39,654 nt of DNA from a virus. Lineage: Duplodnaviria > Caudoviricetes. Made by a program: the position numbers and the translations under genes. The notes below the pieces were generated by a model. It saw only the letters and a program-made list of their open reading frames with translations. It had not been told where the DNA came from and searched no databases. Positions 17,496-26,690 of the stretch are shown piece by piece (the first letter of the stretch is position 1; each line of letters starts with the position of its first letter). The stretch spans positions 1-39,654 of IMG/VR virus record IMGVR_UViG_3300042265_000067, one strand, 5' to 3'.

Positions 17496-18874
17496 GCCCG
17501 TTTCCTTGCCCGGCGCGCAGGTTTTGCGGCCTCGTCGCGTTCGTCGCGTTCGTCGATCCGGCTGGCCGCCCGCCCCGTCACCATCTCCCACCGCCGCACG
17601 GCGACGTCGCAGTAGACGGGATCCAGTTCCATCGCGAAGCAGCGCCGCCTGGTGCGTTCGGCGGCGACGATCTGCGTGCCGGAGCCGCAGAATGGCTCAT
17701 AAATCAGATCGCCCGGATCCGAGAACGCGGTCAGCACCGCCTCGACCAGCGCCACCGGGAACACGGCCGGGTGCGATCCGGCAGCGCCCAGCCCGCCCTT
17801 GTGACGCATGATGCGGAAAACGCTGTCCGGGATGCGATGGCTCTGGATCGCGTTGCCGGCCCCTCGCTTGGCGTGGACGGTGCCGTCTGCCCCGCGCAGC
17901 CCACCGCCGCCGAGGACCTCGCCCGCGTGCTTGGACGGGACCGTCTTGTGCGGTTTGCGGGGCGCGCGGTTGAAGTGGAAAATGAACTCGTGCGACGGGG
18001 CCAAGCGGCCGTTCCAGTCGCCCGGCAAGCCCGGTCCCTGATCCCACACATACCACCCAAACCGCCGCCAGCCAGATTTGCGCATCCATTCGACCCATCC
18101 CTCCCAATAGGGTTGCCATTCGCTGTCGCGATGCACGAGGCCGAGGTTGACCAGCAGCTGTGCGTCGGTGGTGACCGGCGCTGCGGCGAACACGCCTTGC
18201 ATCAACGCATCCCAATCGCCGAGTTTTTCCTTGGCGGCTCCGTAGTCACGCTGCTGGGCATAGGGCGGCGAGGTGAACATCAGCATGGCTGCCTCACCAT
18301 GCATTAGCCTGGCGACGGCGGCCGGATCGGTCGCATCGCCACAGCACAGCCGGTGCTGCCCGAGCTGCCAGATGTCTCCGGGGCGGGTGATCGGTTCAGC
18401 GGGCGGTTCCGGAATGGCATCGGCCGCATCGGCGGAAATCGCGGGGCGGTCGTCTGTATCAGCAAGCAGCGCGTCCAGTTCATCCTCGGGGATCCCGATC
18501 AGTCCGAGGTCGAAATCCTCCGCAAGCAGCGCCTGCAATTCCTGCAGCAACAGGGCCTCGTCCCAGCCGCCCAACTCGGTCAACTTGTTGTCGGCGATGC
18601 GATAGGCCCGGCGTTGCGCTTCGGTCAGGTGGCCCAGCACAATGACCGGAGCCTCGGCCAGGCCGAGGTGGGCCGCCGCCAGGATGCGGCCATGGCCCGC
18701 GATCAACTCGCCGTCAGCGGCGACGAGGCAGGGGACGGTCCAGCCGAATTCGGCCATACTGGCGGCGATCTTCGCGACCTGATCCGCATCATGGATCTTG
18801 GCGTTGCGGGCGTAGGGTTTCAACCGGGCGAGGGGCCAATACTCGATCCGCTGCGGGATGACGGGTGCGTTCAT
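17492..18874 (-). CDS. ParB-like domain + beta-class amino DNA methyltransferase (SPPY)
   Basis: LKPYARNAK..IAGHGR..IADNKL; FTSPPY; HPAVFP; EPFCGSGT. Confidence 0.92.
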   Translation of the reverse strand: MNAPVIPQRIEYWPLARLKPYARNAKIHDADQVAKIAASMAEFGWTVPCLVAADGELIAGHGRILAAAHLGLAEAPVIVLGHLTEAQRRAYRIADNKLTELGGWDEALLLQELQALLAEDFDLGLIGIPEDELDALLADTDDRPAISADAADAIPEPPAEPITRPGDIWQLGQHRLCCGDATDPAAVARLMHGEAAMLMFTSPPYAQQRDYGAAKEKLGDWDALMQGVFAAAPVTTDAQLLVNLGLVHRDSEWQPYWEGWVEWMRKSGWRRFGWYVWDQGPGLPGDWNGRLAPSHEFIFHFNRAPRKPHKTVPSKHAGEVLGGGGLRGADGTVHAKRGAGNAIQSHRIPDSVFRIMRHKGGLGAAGSHPAVFPVALVEAVLTAFSDPGDLIYEPFCGSGTQIVAAERTRRRCFAMELDPVYCDVAVRRWEMVTGRAASRIDERDERDEAAKPARRARKRA

Positions 18875-20130
18875 TCCGCAAGCCTCTTGGCTTTCAGGTC
18901 GGCGAAGGTCTCACCGGTGTCGGCCAGCACGGCATTGGCGCCGGTGAACTGCTGCCAGCGCTCGATGGCCACATCGACATAGGCCGGGTTCAACTCGATC
19001 CCGAAGCAGACGCGGCCGGTGGTCTCGGCCGCGATCAGCGTGGTGCCCGATCCCATGAAGGGTTCAAACACCGCCTGACCCGGGCTGGAATTGTTCAGAA
19101 TCGGGCGGCGCATGCATTCCACCGGCTTCTGTGTGCCGTGGACCGTCTCTGCATCCTGATCGCGGTTGGCGATCTGCCACAGCGTCGTCTGCTTGCGGTC
19201 CCCGGCCCAGTGGCCCTTGCCCTTCGCGCGCACCGCATACCAGCAGGGTTCGTGCTGCCAGTGATAATCGCCGCGGCTGAGGACCAGCCGGTCCTTCGCC
19301 CAGATGATCTGTGACCGGATACTGAGACCCGCGGCCACCAGGCTGTCGGCCACGGTCGCCGCATGCAGCGCGCCGTGCCAGACATAGGCGACGTCGCCAG
19401 GGAACAGCGCCCAGACCTCGCGCCAATCCGCCCGGTCGTCATTCAGCACCTTGCCGGTGCGTTTGGTCTTGGCCGCACCCGCCTGGTTGCGCCAGGACGG
19501 GTCATATTCCACGCCATAGGGCGGGTCGGTCACCATCAGCAGGGGCCGCACATCACCAAGCAGCCGCCCGACCACGTCCGCCGAGGTGCTGTCGCCGCAG
19601 ATCAACCGGTGCGACCCGAGTTGCCAGAGATCGCCCGGCACCGACACCGGTGTGACCGGCGGTTCGGGAATGTCATCCTCGCCCTCGACGGCACCACCCT
19701 CAACCTGATCCGGATCCCGCAGCAGCGCATCCAGATCCTCGTCCGCAATCCCCAGCAGCGACAGATCGAAATCCTCGGCCAGCAGCCCGGCGATCTCGTC
19801 GCGCAGCATGGCCTCGTCCCACTCGCCGAGTTCCGTGAGCTTATTGTCCGCAATGCGGTAGGCCCGGCGTTCCGCTTCGTCGAGATGGCTGAGCCGGATC
19901 ACCGGCACGTCCTTCAGCCCGAGCATAGCGGCCGCCAGCACCCGGCCATGCCCTGCGATCAACTCGCCATCGTCGGCCACCATGCAGGGCACGGTCCAGC
20001 CGAACTTGGCCATGCTGGCCGCGATCTTTGCCACCTGGTCCGTGCTGTGGACCTTGGCATTGCGGGCATAGGGGCGCAGCCGGTCAATCGGCCAGGATTC
20101 AATCTGGCTCGGCGCAAAGACCAGGTCCAT
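18871..20130 (-). CDS. ParB-like domain + beta-class amino DNA methyltransferase (DPPY)
   Basis: Same ParB N-terminus; VTDPPY; HGTQKP; EPFMGSGTT. Confidence 0.92.
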   Translation of the reverse strand: MDLVFAPSQIESWPIDRLRPYARNAKVHSTDQVAKIAASMAKFGWTVPCMVADDGELIAGHGRVLAAAMLGLKDVPVIRLSHLDEAERRAYRIADNKLTELGEWDEAMLRDEIAGLLAEDFDLSLLGIADEDLDALLRDPDQVEGGAVEGEDDIPEPPVTPVSVPGDLWQLGSHRLICGDSTSADVVGRLLGDVRPLLMVTDPPYGVEYDPSWRNQAGAAKTKRTGKVLNDDRADWREVWALFPGDVAYVWHGALHAATVADSLVAAGLSIRSQIIWAKDRLVLSRGDYHWQHEPCWYAVRAKGKGHWAGDRKQTTLWQIANRDQDAETVHGTQKPVECMRRPILNNSSPGQAVFEPFMGSGTTLIAAETTGRVCFGIELNPAYVDVAIERWQQFTGANAVLADTGETFADLKAKRLAE

Positions 20131-20224
20131 CGGGTCGCTTCCATGTGGGGCAGGGCGGGCAAGCCGATGCGCGCCGGGCGATGCCAGCGTCAGGATCGGG
20201 ATCCGCGATGTCGGGAAATGAGAA

Positions 20225-20252
20225 GCGCCCGCGAGGGGATACCTGCGGGCGC
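20225..20252 (-). terminator. Putative intrinsic terminator in the late-operon leader
   Basis: GCGCCCGC...GCGGGCGC stem followed by TTCTCATTT on the minus strand. Confidence 0.5.
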
Positions 20253-20269
20253 AAATCTTCGATGATCAA

Positions 20270-20299
20270 GGTATGAGTCAAGGGGGGCAGCTTTGTCAA
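20270..20299 (-). promoter_or_regulatory. Putative sigma70 late promoter
   Basis: Perfect TTGACA at 20299-20294; weak -10 candidate (CATACC) 18 nt downstream. Confidence 0.45.
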
Positions 20300-20322
20300 A
20301 TGAAAAATGCAAGCGGATTCAG

Positions 20323-20496
20323 TGGCTTCACAGCGGGTGGCTTCCGCTGGATGGCTTCCGGCACGGTGGCTTCCGCAAACTGGCTTCCCTGGCTTCCGCA
20401 AAAGAATCCAGCAGGCCAAGGTCGTGATTCCGCAAGCCTTTGATAACGAGTCGCTTTTTCCAAGATCGTCCGGCAGGTGGATTCCGCCTGGATTCC
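20323..20496. repeat. Cluster of TGG(C/A)TTCC octamers (cosB-like)
   Basis: TGGCTTCC at 20338, 20352, 20367, 20381, 20390; TGGCTTCA at 20323; TGGATTCC at 20478, 20489. Confidence 0.8.
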
Positions 20497-20516
20497 CCGG
20501 TGAAACTGCCTGTCGC

Positions 20517-20570
20517 TAGCGAAACGCCGCGCTGCGCCCCCCCGTATACGAATCGGGCCAGGGAGGAACC
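20517..20570 (-). other. Lambda-like cos site (cosQ-cosN)
   Basis: Minus strand GGTTCCT...TACG GGGGGGCGCAG CGCGGCGTTTCGCTA versus lambda GGGTCCT...TACG GGGCGGCGACCT CGCGGGTTTTCGCTA. Confidence 0.72.
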
Positions 20571-20712
20571 AGGGGAGGGGGTCGACGCACCCGGCCTATT
20601 GCTGCCTTTCGGGCATTTGCCTGCGCAGCAAAGCAGGTTCCCCAGATCAGTCATTCATGCTTGCAGCAGCATTTTCAGTCGGCAATGTTGCTGATGCAGA
20701 CCGAGCGAACAT

Positions 20713-20847
20713 TCAATCAAACGCCGATGTTTGGAAGGGGTTCAAACAGCGGGGAAACCAACGAGAGCCCACATATGGCGACTGGAAGATCTCGCGTATC
20801 GCCTCGACATCGGCGGGATCGAAATGGCGGATCGTGATGTAGGTCAT
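20713..20847 (-). pseudogene. Truncated GNAT acetyltransferase N-terminus
   Basis: MTYITIRHFDPADVEAIREIFQSP matches the GNAT beta1-alpha1 pattern; ATGA-coupled to the decarboxylase; only 44 codons. Confidence 0.5.
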
Positions 20848-22334
20848 CCTTTGCCGCTCTCTCTCACCATTTCGCCGCCGATGCGCAGCACCTCGCACAC
20901 GAGCAGATCAAGGTCCGCATCGCGGGTGCGGTGGTTGCAGATCGCCACACGCAGGCAGTGGCGGCGGCGAATGGTGGTGTCGGTGATGACTGCGGCTCCG
21001 CTCTCCTGCAGCCGAAGCATGATCTCGGTATTGTGCACCTTGAGGGTAGCTTCATCCATTCCGCCGGGATCGTGGCGGAAGCAGACGATTGTGGTGGCGG
21101 TTGGTGCCATCAGCGTCAGATTCGGCTCCGCCTCGATCAGCCCGGTCAGGTGCCGGGCCTGCACGATGGTGCGGTCGAGGATGCGGCCAAAGGTTTCCAC
21201 CCCGTGGTGGCGCAGCATCATCCAGACCTTGAGCGCGCGAAAGCCGCGCGTCGTCTCAAAGCTGTAATCGTGCAGAAATTCAGCCGCCGCGATGCCGCGG
21301 GTGGCAACCTGCAGGTATTCAGCGTCCTCGGCGAAGGTCGCGCGGTGCAGGCGCCGGTCGCGGATCAGCGCGCAGCCAACGTCGAAAGGCGCGTGCAGCC
21401 CCTTGTGCAGATCGAGCGCGAGCGAATCCGCCCGCTCGATCCCTGCCACCAGATATCGGTTTTCGGGTGCAATCGAGAAGAGTGCGCCAATGCAGCCGTC
21501 GATGTGCAACCAGAGCCCTTCGTCGTGGCAAAGATCGGCGATCGCGTGCAAGGGATCGATTGCGCCGGAGTTGGTGGTCCCGGCTGTCGCAATCACGCAG
21601 GCTGGTCGCGCGCCACTGCTGCGGTCGGCGGCAATCGTCGCCCGCAGAGCATCGATGTCCATGCGGAGAGCTTGATCGGTCGCAACGCGGGCCAGCGCCT
21701 TGTCCCCCAGACCCAGCAGGCTCATTGCCTTCATGTGGCAGTTGTGGACCTGATCGGAGGCATAGAAACGTAGGGGCGCGGGCAAGTCGGCGACGCTCTG
21801 CTGGTGCAGGTCGACCCCGGCCGTCGCGTTGCGCGCAGCCGTCAACCCGATGATGTTGGCCATCGAGCCGCCGTTGACCAGCGTGCCGCTCGCGCCTTCG
21901 GGAAAGCCCATCATCTGCCGCAGCCAGTCGGTGACCTGTTGGTCCACCGCGCTGGCGGCAGTGTCGCCAACGCCGAGGTTCGAGCCTTCGATGGCCGCCA
22001 GAAAGTCTGCCAGCGCGCCTGTCAGGCAGCCCGCGCCCATGTACCAGGCCCAAAACCGCGGATGGATGTTTCCCATCGCATGCGGATAGAGCAAGGCCGT
22101 GACATCGGCATAGACCTTTTCGAGTGGTTCCGGCCCGCCCGGCACCGGCCCGTTGAAGCGCGCGCGCAGCGCCTTGGGCATCGGCTGCCAGGCCGGTCCG
22201 TCGCGCAAACCCTGAAGGCGGGCAAGTGCGTCATCCACCATCCGGTGTGCAAGGGTTCTCATCCCTTCCCAGTCTGTCGGGTCCAGGGAGCCGGTCGTGA
22301 CGACGTCGTGATGATCGGTCAAATTGTTCTCCAT
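20844..22334 (-). CDS. Group II PLP-dependent (aromatic amino acid-type) decarboxylase
   Basis: HPRFWAW, GGSMAN, ATAGTTNSGAIDPL, WLHIDG, DSLALDLHK (PLP lysine), RALKVW. Confidence 0.92.
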   Translation of the reverse strand: MENNLTDHHDVVTTGSLDPTDWEGMRTLAHRMVDDALARLQGLRDGPAWQPMPKALRARFNGPVPGGPEPLEKVYADVTALLYPHAMGNIHPRFWAWYMGAGCLTGALADFLAAIEGSNLGVGDTAASAVDQQVTDWLRQMMGFPEGASGTLVNGGSMANIIGLTAARNATAGVDLHQQSVADLPAPLRFYASDQVHNCHMKAMSLLGLGDKALARVATDQALRMDIDALRATIAADRSSGARPACVIATAGTTNSGAIDPLHAIADLCHDEGLWLHIDGCIGALFSIAPENRYLVAGIERADSLALDLHKGLHAPFDVGCALIRDRRLHRATFAEDAEYLQVATRGIAAAEFLHDYSFETTRGFRALKVWMMLRHHGVETFGRILDRTIVQARHLTGLIEAEPNLTLMAPTATTIVCFRHDPGGMDEATLKVHNTEIMLRLQESGAAVITDTTIRRRHCLRVAICNHRTRDADLDLLVCEVLRIGGEMVRESGKG

Positions 22335-22639
22335 CCAGCTATGCCTTCGCCACCATGGACCTTGCGAGGTGTTCGACGATCTGAGCGGCGCAATCGTCGG
22401 GATGGGTTGTGGTCAGGAAATGGCTGGCCACCATAATCACGGACCGGCGCGCTGCGGGCACCCGCCGCGTAGCCCGGCCCACAGCAGACATCCAGAAGCC
22501 GCAGTCCCGGTGCCAGCCTTACCGCCGCCAGCAGGTCGGGAATTGCTTGCGCCGTCGCCCACGCCGTGGCCGTGTCACAGCCATCGGCGCGCTCGTCCCA
22601 GCCCTGCAACTCGCCCGACCGGAAATCATCGTACGTCAT
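22319..22639 (-). pseudogene. Truncated class I SAM-dependent methyltransferase
   Basis: GLRLLDVCCGPGYAAGA motif I, after which similarity is lost at about 60 aa. Confidence 0.65.
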
Positions 22640-22708
22640 CGTGATCGTGCCGCCTCTCGTGAAATTTTCTTGCGCACTATCGCTTCGACACAATCCCGAG
22701 GGGTTCGG

Positions 22709-22830
22709 TCAACTTGGATCGAGGCAGACGACGACGGAGGCGTCGATCGGCACGATATCGTCGCCCGGCATGTCAACACAGCGCGCGTGCTCGCGCAGGG
22801 CGCCCTCGTCCACCGCCTCGTAGATGCAAG
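22709..22830 (-). pseudogene. C-terminal remnant of a DUF4242-like protein
   Basis: CIYEAVDEGALREHARCVDMPGDDIVPI resembles the DUF4242 CxYxAxxxxAIREHA motif; no matching N-terminus. Confidence 0.5.
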
Positions 22831-23030
22831 GCGGTGCCCAACCGCCCGTCAGGTTCGTTGATGACATAAGAGCGTATGCAGCGCACTTTGTCGGGCATTC
22901 CCTCATCGCCGACGCGCGCCGATGTCTCGGCGGTTTTCTCCGGTTCGGCCTGACTGGCCAGGTGCTAGGACGGCGGATCACATAAAATTGCGTTATGAGT
23001 ACTCCTTTGCAAAAATTGATTGGTGAGGCT

Positions 23031-23591
23031 TTATTGCGACGCGTTTTTCGCCTCGATCGGCGCCATCACATGCCAAAGCGGCGTATCACCCCACATGACA
23101 TAGGGCCCGCCGGCATAGGGATCGTGTGGCAGGCCTGCCACCATGTCCGCGTTCGGGAAAAGCATCATGATATGCGGGCCTTCCTGAACCCAGATCCCGC
23201 CATCGTTCTGGTCCGTGGCCATCGGGTTCGCATTGTTGACCATCGCGTCGCCGGCCAGCATGTAGGATATCCCCACCAGGTCGGTCGAAAATGTCCCGCC
23301 AGAGGATGCCGCCTCCATCCATTTCATCCAGACGGCATCATTGCACATCGGATGGGTGTCGTCCGGGATCAGGGGGACGCCGGGAAAACAGACCCAGCCG
23401 TTCGTTCCCTCCTGAAGGAGCGTTCCATCGAGGTCCAAAAACGTCGCCTGTTCTGTAATATCAGGCGGCGCTGCTGTTTTGGCCCGTGTGATTTTGTCGG
23501 CAGCGGTTTCCGCTCCTGCGCCGGACGCCAAAAGCGAGGCAAGCGACGCCACGAGTGTGGCTTTCATGGCAGACTGGGTCATTCCAAGCAT
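23031..23591 (-). CDS. Exported hypothetical protein
   Basis: GGAAGGA RBS; signal peptide ending in AGA; GTNGWVC, PMCND, GISYMLAGD, GPHIM, PYVMW..TP..HVM. Confidence 0.8.
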   Translation of the reverse strand: MLGMTQSAMKATLVASLASLLASGAGAETAADKITRAKTAAPPDITEQATFLDLDGTLLQEGTNGWVCFPGVPLIPDDTHPMCNDAVWMKWMEAASSGGTFSTDLVGISYMLAGDAMVNNANPMATDQNDGGIWVQEGPHIMMLFPNADMVAGLPHDPYAGGPYVMWGDTPLWHVMAPIEAKNASQ

Positions 23592-23629
23592 TGTATAAAT
23601 TCCTTCCGAGACTCGGTTGAGGTTGTTCG

Positions 23630-24715
23630 TTATTCCGCTGCCATCTGGAAACCGGGCGTCGAGATCGACAGCGCGCGCTCCTCGTCGTCCATGTCCTCGG
23701 AAATGCCCTCGAACAGCGGCGTGGACAGGTATCGCTCGCCGGTGTCGGGCAGCATGGCAAGGATCACCGCGCCCTTGGCGGCCCGTTCTGCGATCTGCAT
23801 GGCGACGGCAAAGCTGGCCCCGCCCGAGACGCCCGTCAGGATGCCTTCGCGAGCCGCCAGCTTTTTCGCCCATGCGATGCCGTCGGCGCCAGATACCGGG
23901 ACCAAGTCGTCGTAGCCACCGTTATCAATCGCCTCTTGCAGGACCAGCGGGATGAAATCAGGTGTCCAGCCCTGTATCGGGTGCGGTTCGAAGGCGGGGT
24001 GGCTGACGGCGGGCGAGCCGTCCGTCCCGCGCTCCTGCGCCACTCCGCTCGCGACCAGCCCGGCGTTGGCCGGTTCGCTGAGAATGATCTTCGTTTCGGG
24101 GCGTTCCTTACGCAGCACGCGGGCCAGTCCGGCAACTGTGCCGCCCGTTCCGTAACCCGTGACCAGATAGTCCAGCCTGTCACCGGCGAAATCGTTGATG
24201 ATCTCGCGCGCCGTGGTGGATTCGTGGATATCGGCATTTGCCGTCGTTTCGAACTGGCGGGCAAGGAACCAGCCGTGTGTTTCGGCCAGTTCCATGGCCT
24301 TCATGTACATGCCCATGCCCTTTTGCGCACGCGGGGTCAGCACCACCCTGGCCCCCAAAATCCGCATCAGCCGCCGCCGCTCGACCGAGAAGCTGTCGGC
24401 CATGGTAACGACCAGCGGATAGCCTTTCTGCGCGCAGACCATCGCCAGCCCGATGCCAGTGTTGCCGCTGGTGGCCTCGACAACGGTCTGACCGGGCTTC
24501 AGCGTGCCCGCGCGCTCCGCGGCCTCGATGATGTTCAGGGCGAGACGGTCCTTGATTGACGCGGCCGGATTGAAGAACTCGGCCTTGACGTAGAGCCGCA
24601 CTTCGTCCGGCGCGAGATTGTTCACGCGGATCGTAGGCGTGTCGCCAACCGTGTCGAGGATCGAGTCGAACAGGCGTCCGCGTCCCTTGGTCGTGCGGAT
24701 CGTTGCGGTATTCAT
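23630..24715 (-). CDS. cysK: Cysteine synthase (O-acetylserine sulfhydrylase) family PLP enzyme
   Basis: KAEFFNPAASIKDR (PLP Lys), ATSGNTG, GYGTGGT, HPIQGW, PDTGERYLST. Confidence 0.9.
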   Translation of the reverse strand: MNTATIRTTKGRGRLFDSILDTVGDTPTIRVNNLAPDEVRLYVKAEFFNPAASIKDRLALNIIEAAERAGTLKPGQTVVEATSGNTGIGLAMVCAQKGYPLVVTMADSFSVERRRLMRILGARVVLTPRAQKGMGMYMKAMELAETHGWFLARQFETTANADIHESTTAREIINDFAGDRLDYLVTGYGTGGTVAGLARVLRKERPETKIILSEPANAGLVASGVAQERGTDGSPAVSHPAFEPHPIQGWTPDFIPLVLQEAIDNGGYDDLVPVSGADGIAWAKKLAAREGILTGVSGGASFAVAMQIAERAAKGAVILAMLPDTGERYLSTPLFEGISEDMDDEERALSISTPGFQMAAE

Positions 24716-24862
24716 ATCGTTCCCCCTTGTTGTGTTACTGGCTTGACCGGTTCGGTCGCCATGCCATGCTTTCCGGTCAATTTGAGCGTTTCGTTGGCAG
24801 TCCGCTTGAAGCGGTCCTGAAGATTTCCTGTAGAAGTCCGGAAATCTGCGCTATTCAGACGC

Positions 24863-26413
24863 ATGTCATGGCAATTCGGCGATTATCGGCTTGATCTGGA
24901 ACGGTTCGAACTCGCCCGGAGGGGCGAGACGGTTCATGCCGAGCCACAGGTCCTGGCGTTGATCATCCATCTGGTCCGGCATCGCGACCGGATGGTCGGC
25001 AAGGACGAGCTTGCAAGCGCCATCTGGCCTGATCGCGTGGTGTCGGATGCAAGCATGTCCAGCCGGGTCCGCTCGGCTCGGCAGGCGCTCGGCGATGATG
25101 GGAAACAGCAGTCGGTCATTCGCACGGTCCATGGGAAGGGCTTCCGGTTCGTGGCCGACGTCACCGAAACCGTCGCCGCCCGACCTGAACGCTCCGAGAT
25201 TCCAGCCGGCCCGGACAGTGCCGATCTTTCGCGCCCGTCGGTTGCAGTGCTGCCCTTCCGGCCCCTCGGCGCGTCGCCGGACCTTGCGATCCTTGCCGAA
25301 GCAATCCCGCACGAGATCATCCAGGCGCTGTCGCGTCTGCGCTGGCTGGCGGTGATTGCACGGGGGTCGTCCTTCCGGTTCCGCCAGGACGGGACCGATC
25401 TCGATCTGGTCGGCACGTCACTCGGGGCGGGCTATGTGCTCTCGGGAATGATCGAAGGTCTGGCCGACACGGTGGTCCTGGTCATCGAACTTGCCGATGT
25501 CGGCAGAGGCGAGGTGATCTGGGGCGACCGTTTGACGGCTCCGTTGGATGGGCTCGAGGATCTTCGCCAGCGGGTTGTCACCCATGTCGTGAACGCGCTC
25601 GACCTGTATGTGCCGCAAAACGAGGTGCGGTTGGCGGGCTTGTCCGGGTCCAACCGGCTTGATGCGTGGAAGACCTTCCACCTCGGATTGAGCCAGCTCT
25701 ACCGTTTCACCCCCGCGGCAAATCAGCTTGCCAAGGCCACTTTCGAGAGCGCGGTCACGCTCGATCCGCGTTTTGCCCGTGCCCATGCCGGGCTGTCGTT
25801 CACGCGCTTTCTGGACGCGTTTCTTCACCTCGGGCCGGACGACCGGGAAGCGGCCGCGGCGGCAAGGCGGCATGCCGAGCGGGGGCTGGAACTCGACCCG
25901 CTCGACCCGTTCACGCATTACACGATGGGCCGTTCCTTCTGGTTGACTGACGAGCCCGAGGCCGCCGCCGCCTGGCTGCAGCGCGCCGTGGAACTCAACC
26001 CGAACTATGCCCAAGGATACTACGCCGGCGCTTTCACGGCGATGCTGACCGGCAATGCCGCCGCCGTCGACACCGGGCTCGACACCGCGCTCAACCTCAG
26101 CCCTCTGGACCCGCTGCTTTACGGCATGCACGGGGTGCGCGCGCTGTCGCTGATCCAGATCGGCGACAGTCGGGCAGCCGCCCGCTGGGCGGACCGCGCC
26201 GCGACCACGCCGGGTGCGCATTACCTGATCGCGATGATCGCGGCGGCGGCCAACGGAATTGACGGTCGCCACCAGCAGGCCGCCCGCTGGCGTCAGGAAG
26301 CCCGCCGTCGCAAGCCCGATGCCACGGCCGAGCAATTCTTTGCGGCGTTCCCGATGGTCGACTGTGATACGCGCGATCGGATCAGAAGTGAGTTGCGGCG
26401 GCAGGGGTTCTGA
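24863..26413 (+). CDS. Transcriptional regulator: OmpR-type wHTH + TolB-N-like + TPR
   Basis: FGDYRLD..EPQV..RDRMVGKDEL..IRTVHGKGFRF; RPSVAVLPF; VIARGSSF; TPR-like A..LDP/LNPN repeats; divergent from cysK. Confidence 0.88.
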   Translation: MSWQFGDYRLDLERFELARRGETVHAEPQVLALIIHLVRHRDRMVGKDELASAIWPDRVVSDASMSSRVRSARQALGDDGKQQSVIRTVHGKGFRFVADVTETVAARPERSEIPAGPDSADLSRPSVAVLPFRPLGASPDLAILAEAIPHEIIQALSRLRWLAVIARGSSFRFRQDGTDLDLVGTSLGAGYVLSGMIEGLADTVVLVIELADVGRGEVIWGDRLTAPLDGLEDLRQRVVTHVVNALDLYVPQNEVRLAGLSGSNRLDAWKTFHLGLSQLYRFTPAANQLAKATFESAVTLDPRFARAHAGLSFTRFLDAFLHLGPDDREAAAAARRHAERGLELDPLDPFTHYTMGRSFWLTDEPEAAAAWLQRAVELNPNYAQGYYAGAFTAMLTGNAAAVDTGLDTALNLSPLDPLLYGMHGVRALSLIQIGDSRAAARWADRAATTPGAHYLIAMIAAAANGIDGRHQQAARWRQEARRRKPDATAEQFFAAFPMVDCDTRDRIRSELRRQGF

Positions 26414-26690
26414 GCAGTGGGTCGCCGCCGCCCTCTACGCACCACTGCGGCAATTCCGGCAAAGGCGATGAAGACGCCCACTGCCTGCGCTGCCACGAGC
26501 GCTCGCCGAGAATCGCCATGGCAAGAACCTGGCCGAAGGCCGGCAGCATGTGGACGAACTGGCCCGCCCGTGCCGGCCCTATCCGTGCGACCCCATAACC
26601 CCGGAACCAGAATGCAATGACAGACGGGAAGATCACGATGTAGCCCACCGACAGCAGAATGCAGGGCGATGTCGGAAACCGTGCGTCGGG
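26400..26690 (-). pseudogene. EamA/DMT transporter C-terminal remnant, frameshifted
   Basis: YIVIFPSVIAFWF..GVARIGPARAGQF..PAFG..LAMAILGE, then AQAVGVFIAFAGIA in another frame. Confidence 0.7.

Noticed and set aside
20323-20496. CRISPR-like array
   Set aside because: Repeats are only 8 bp with irregular short spacing; no cas genes
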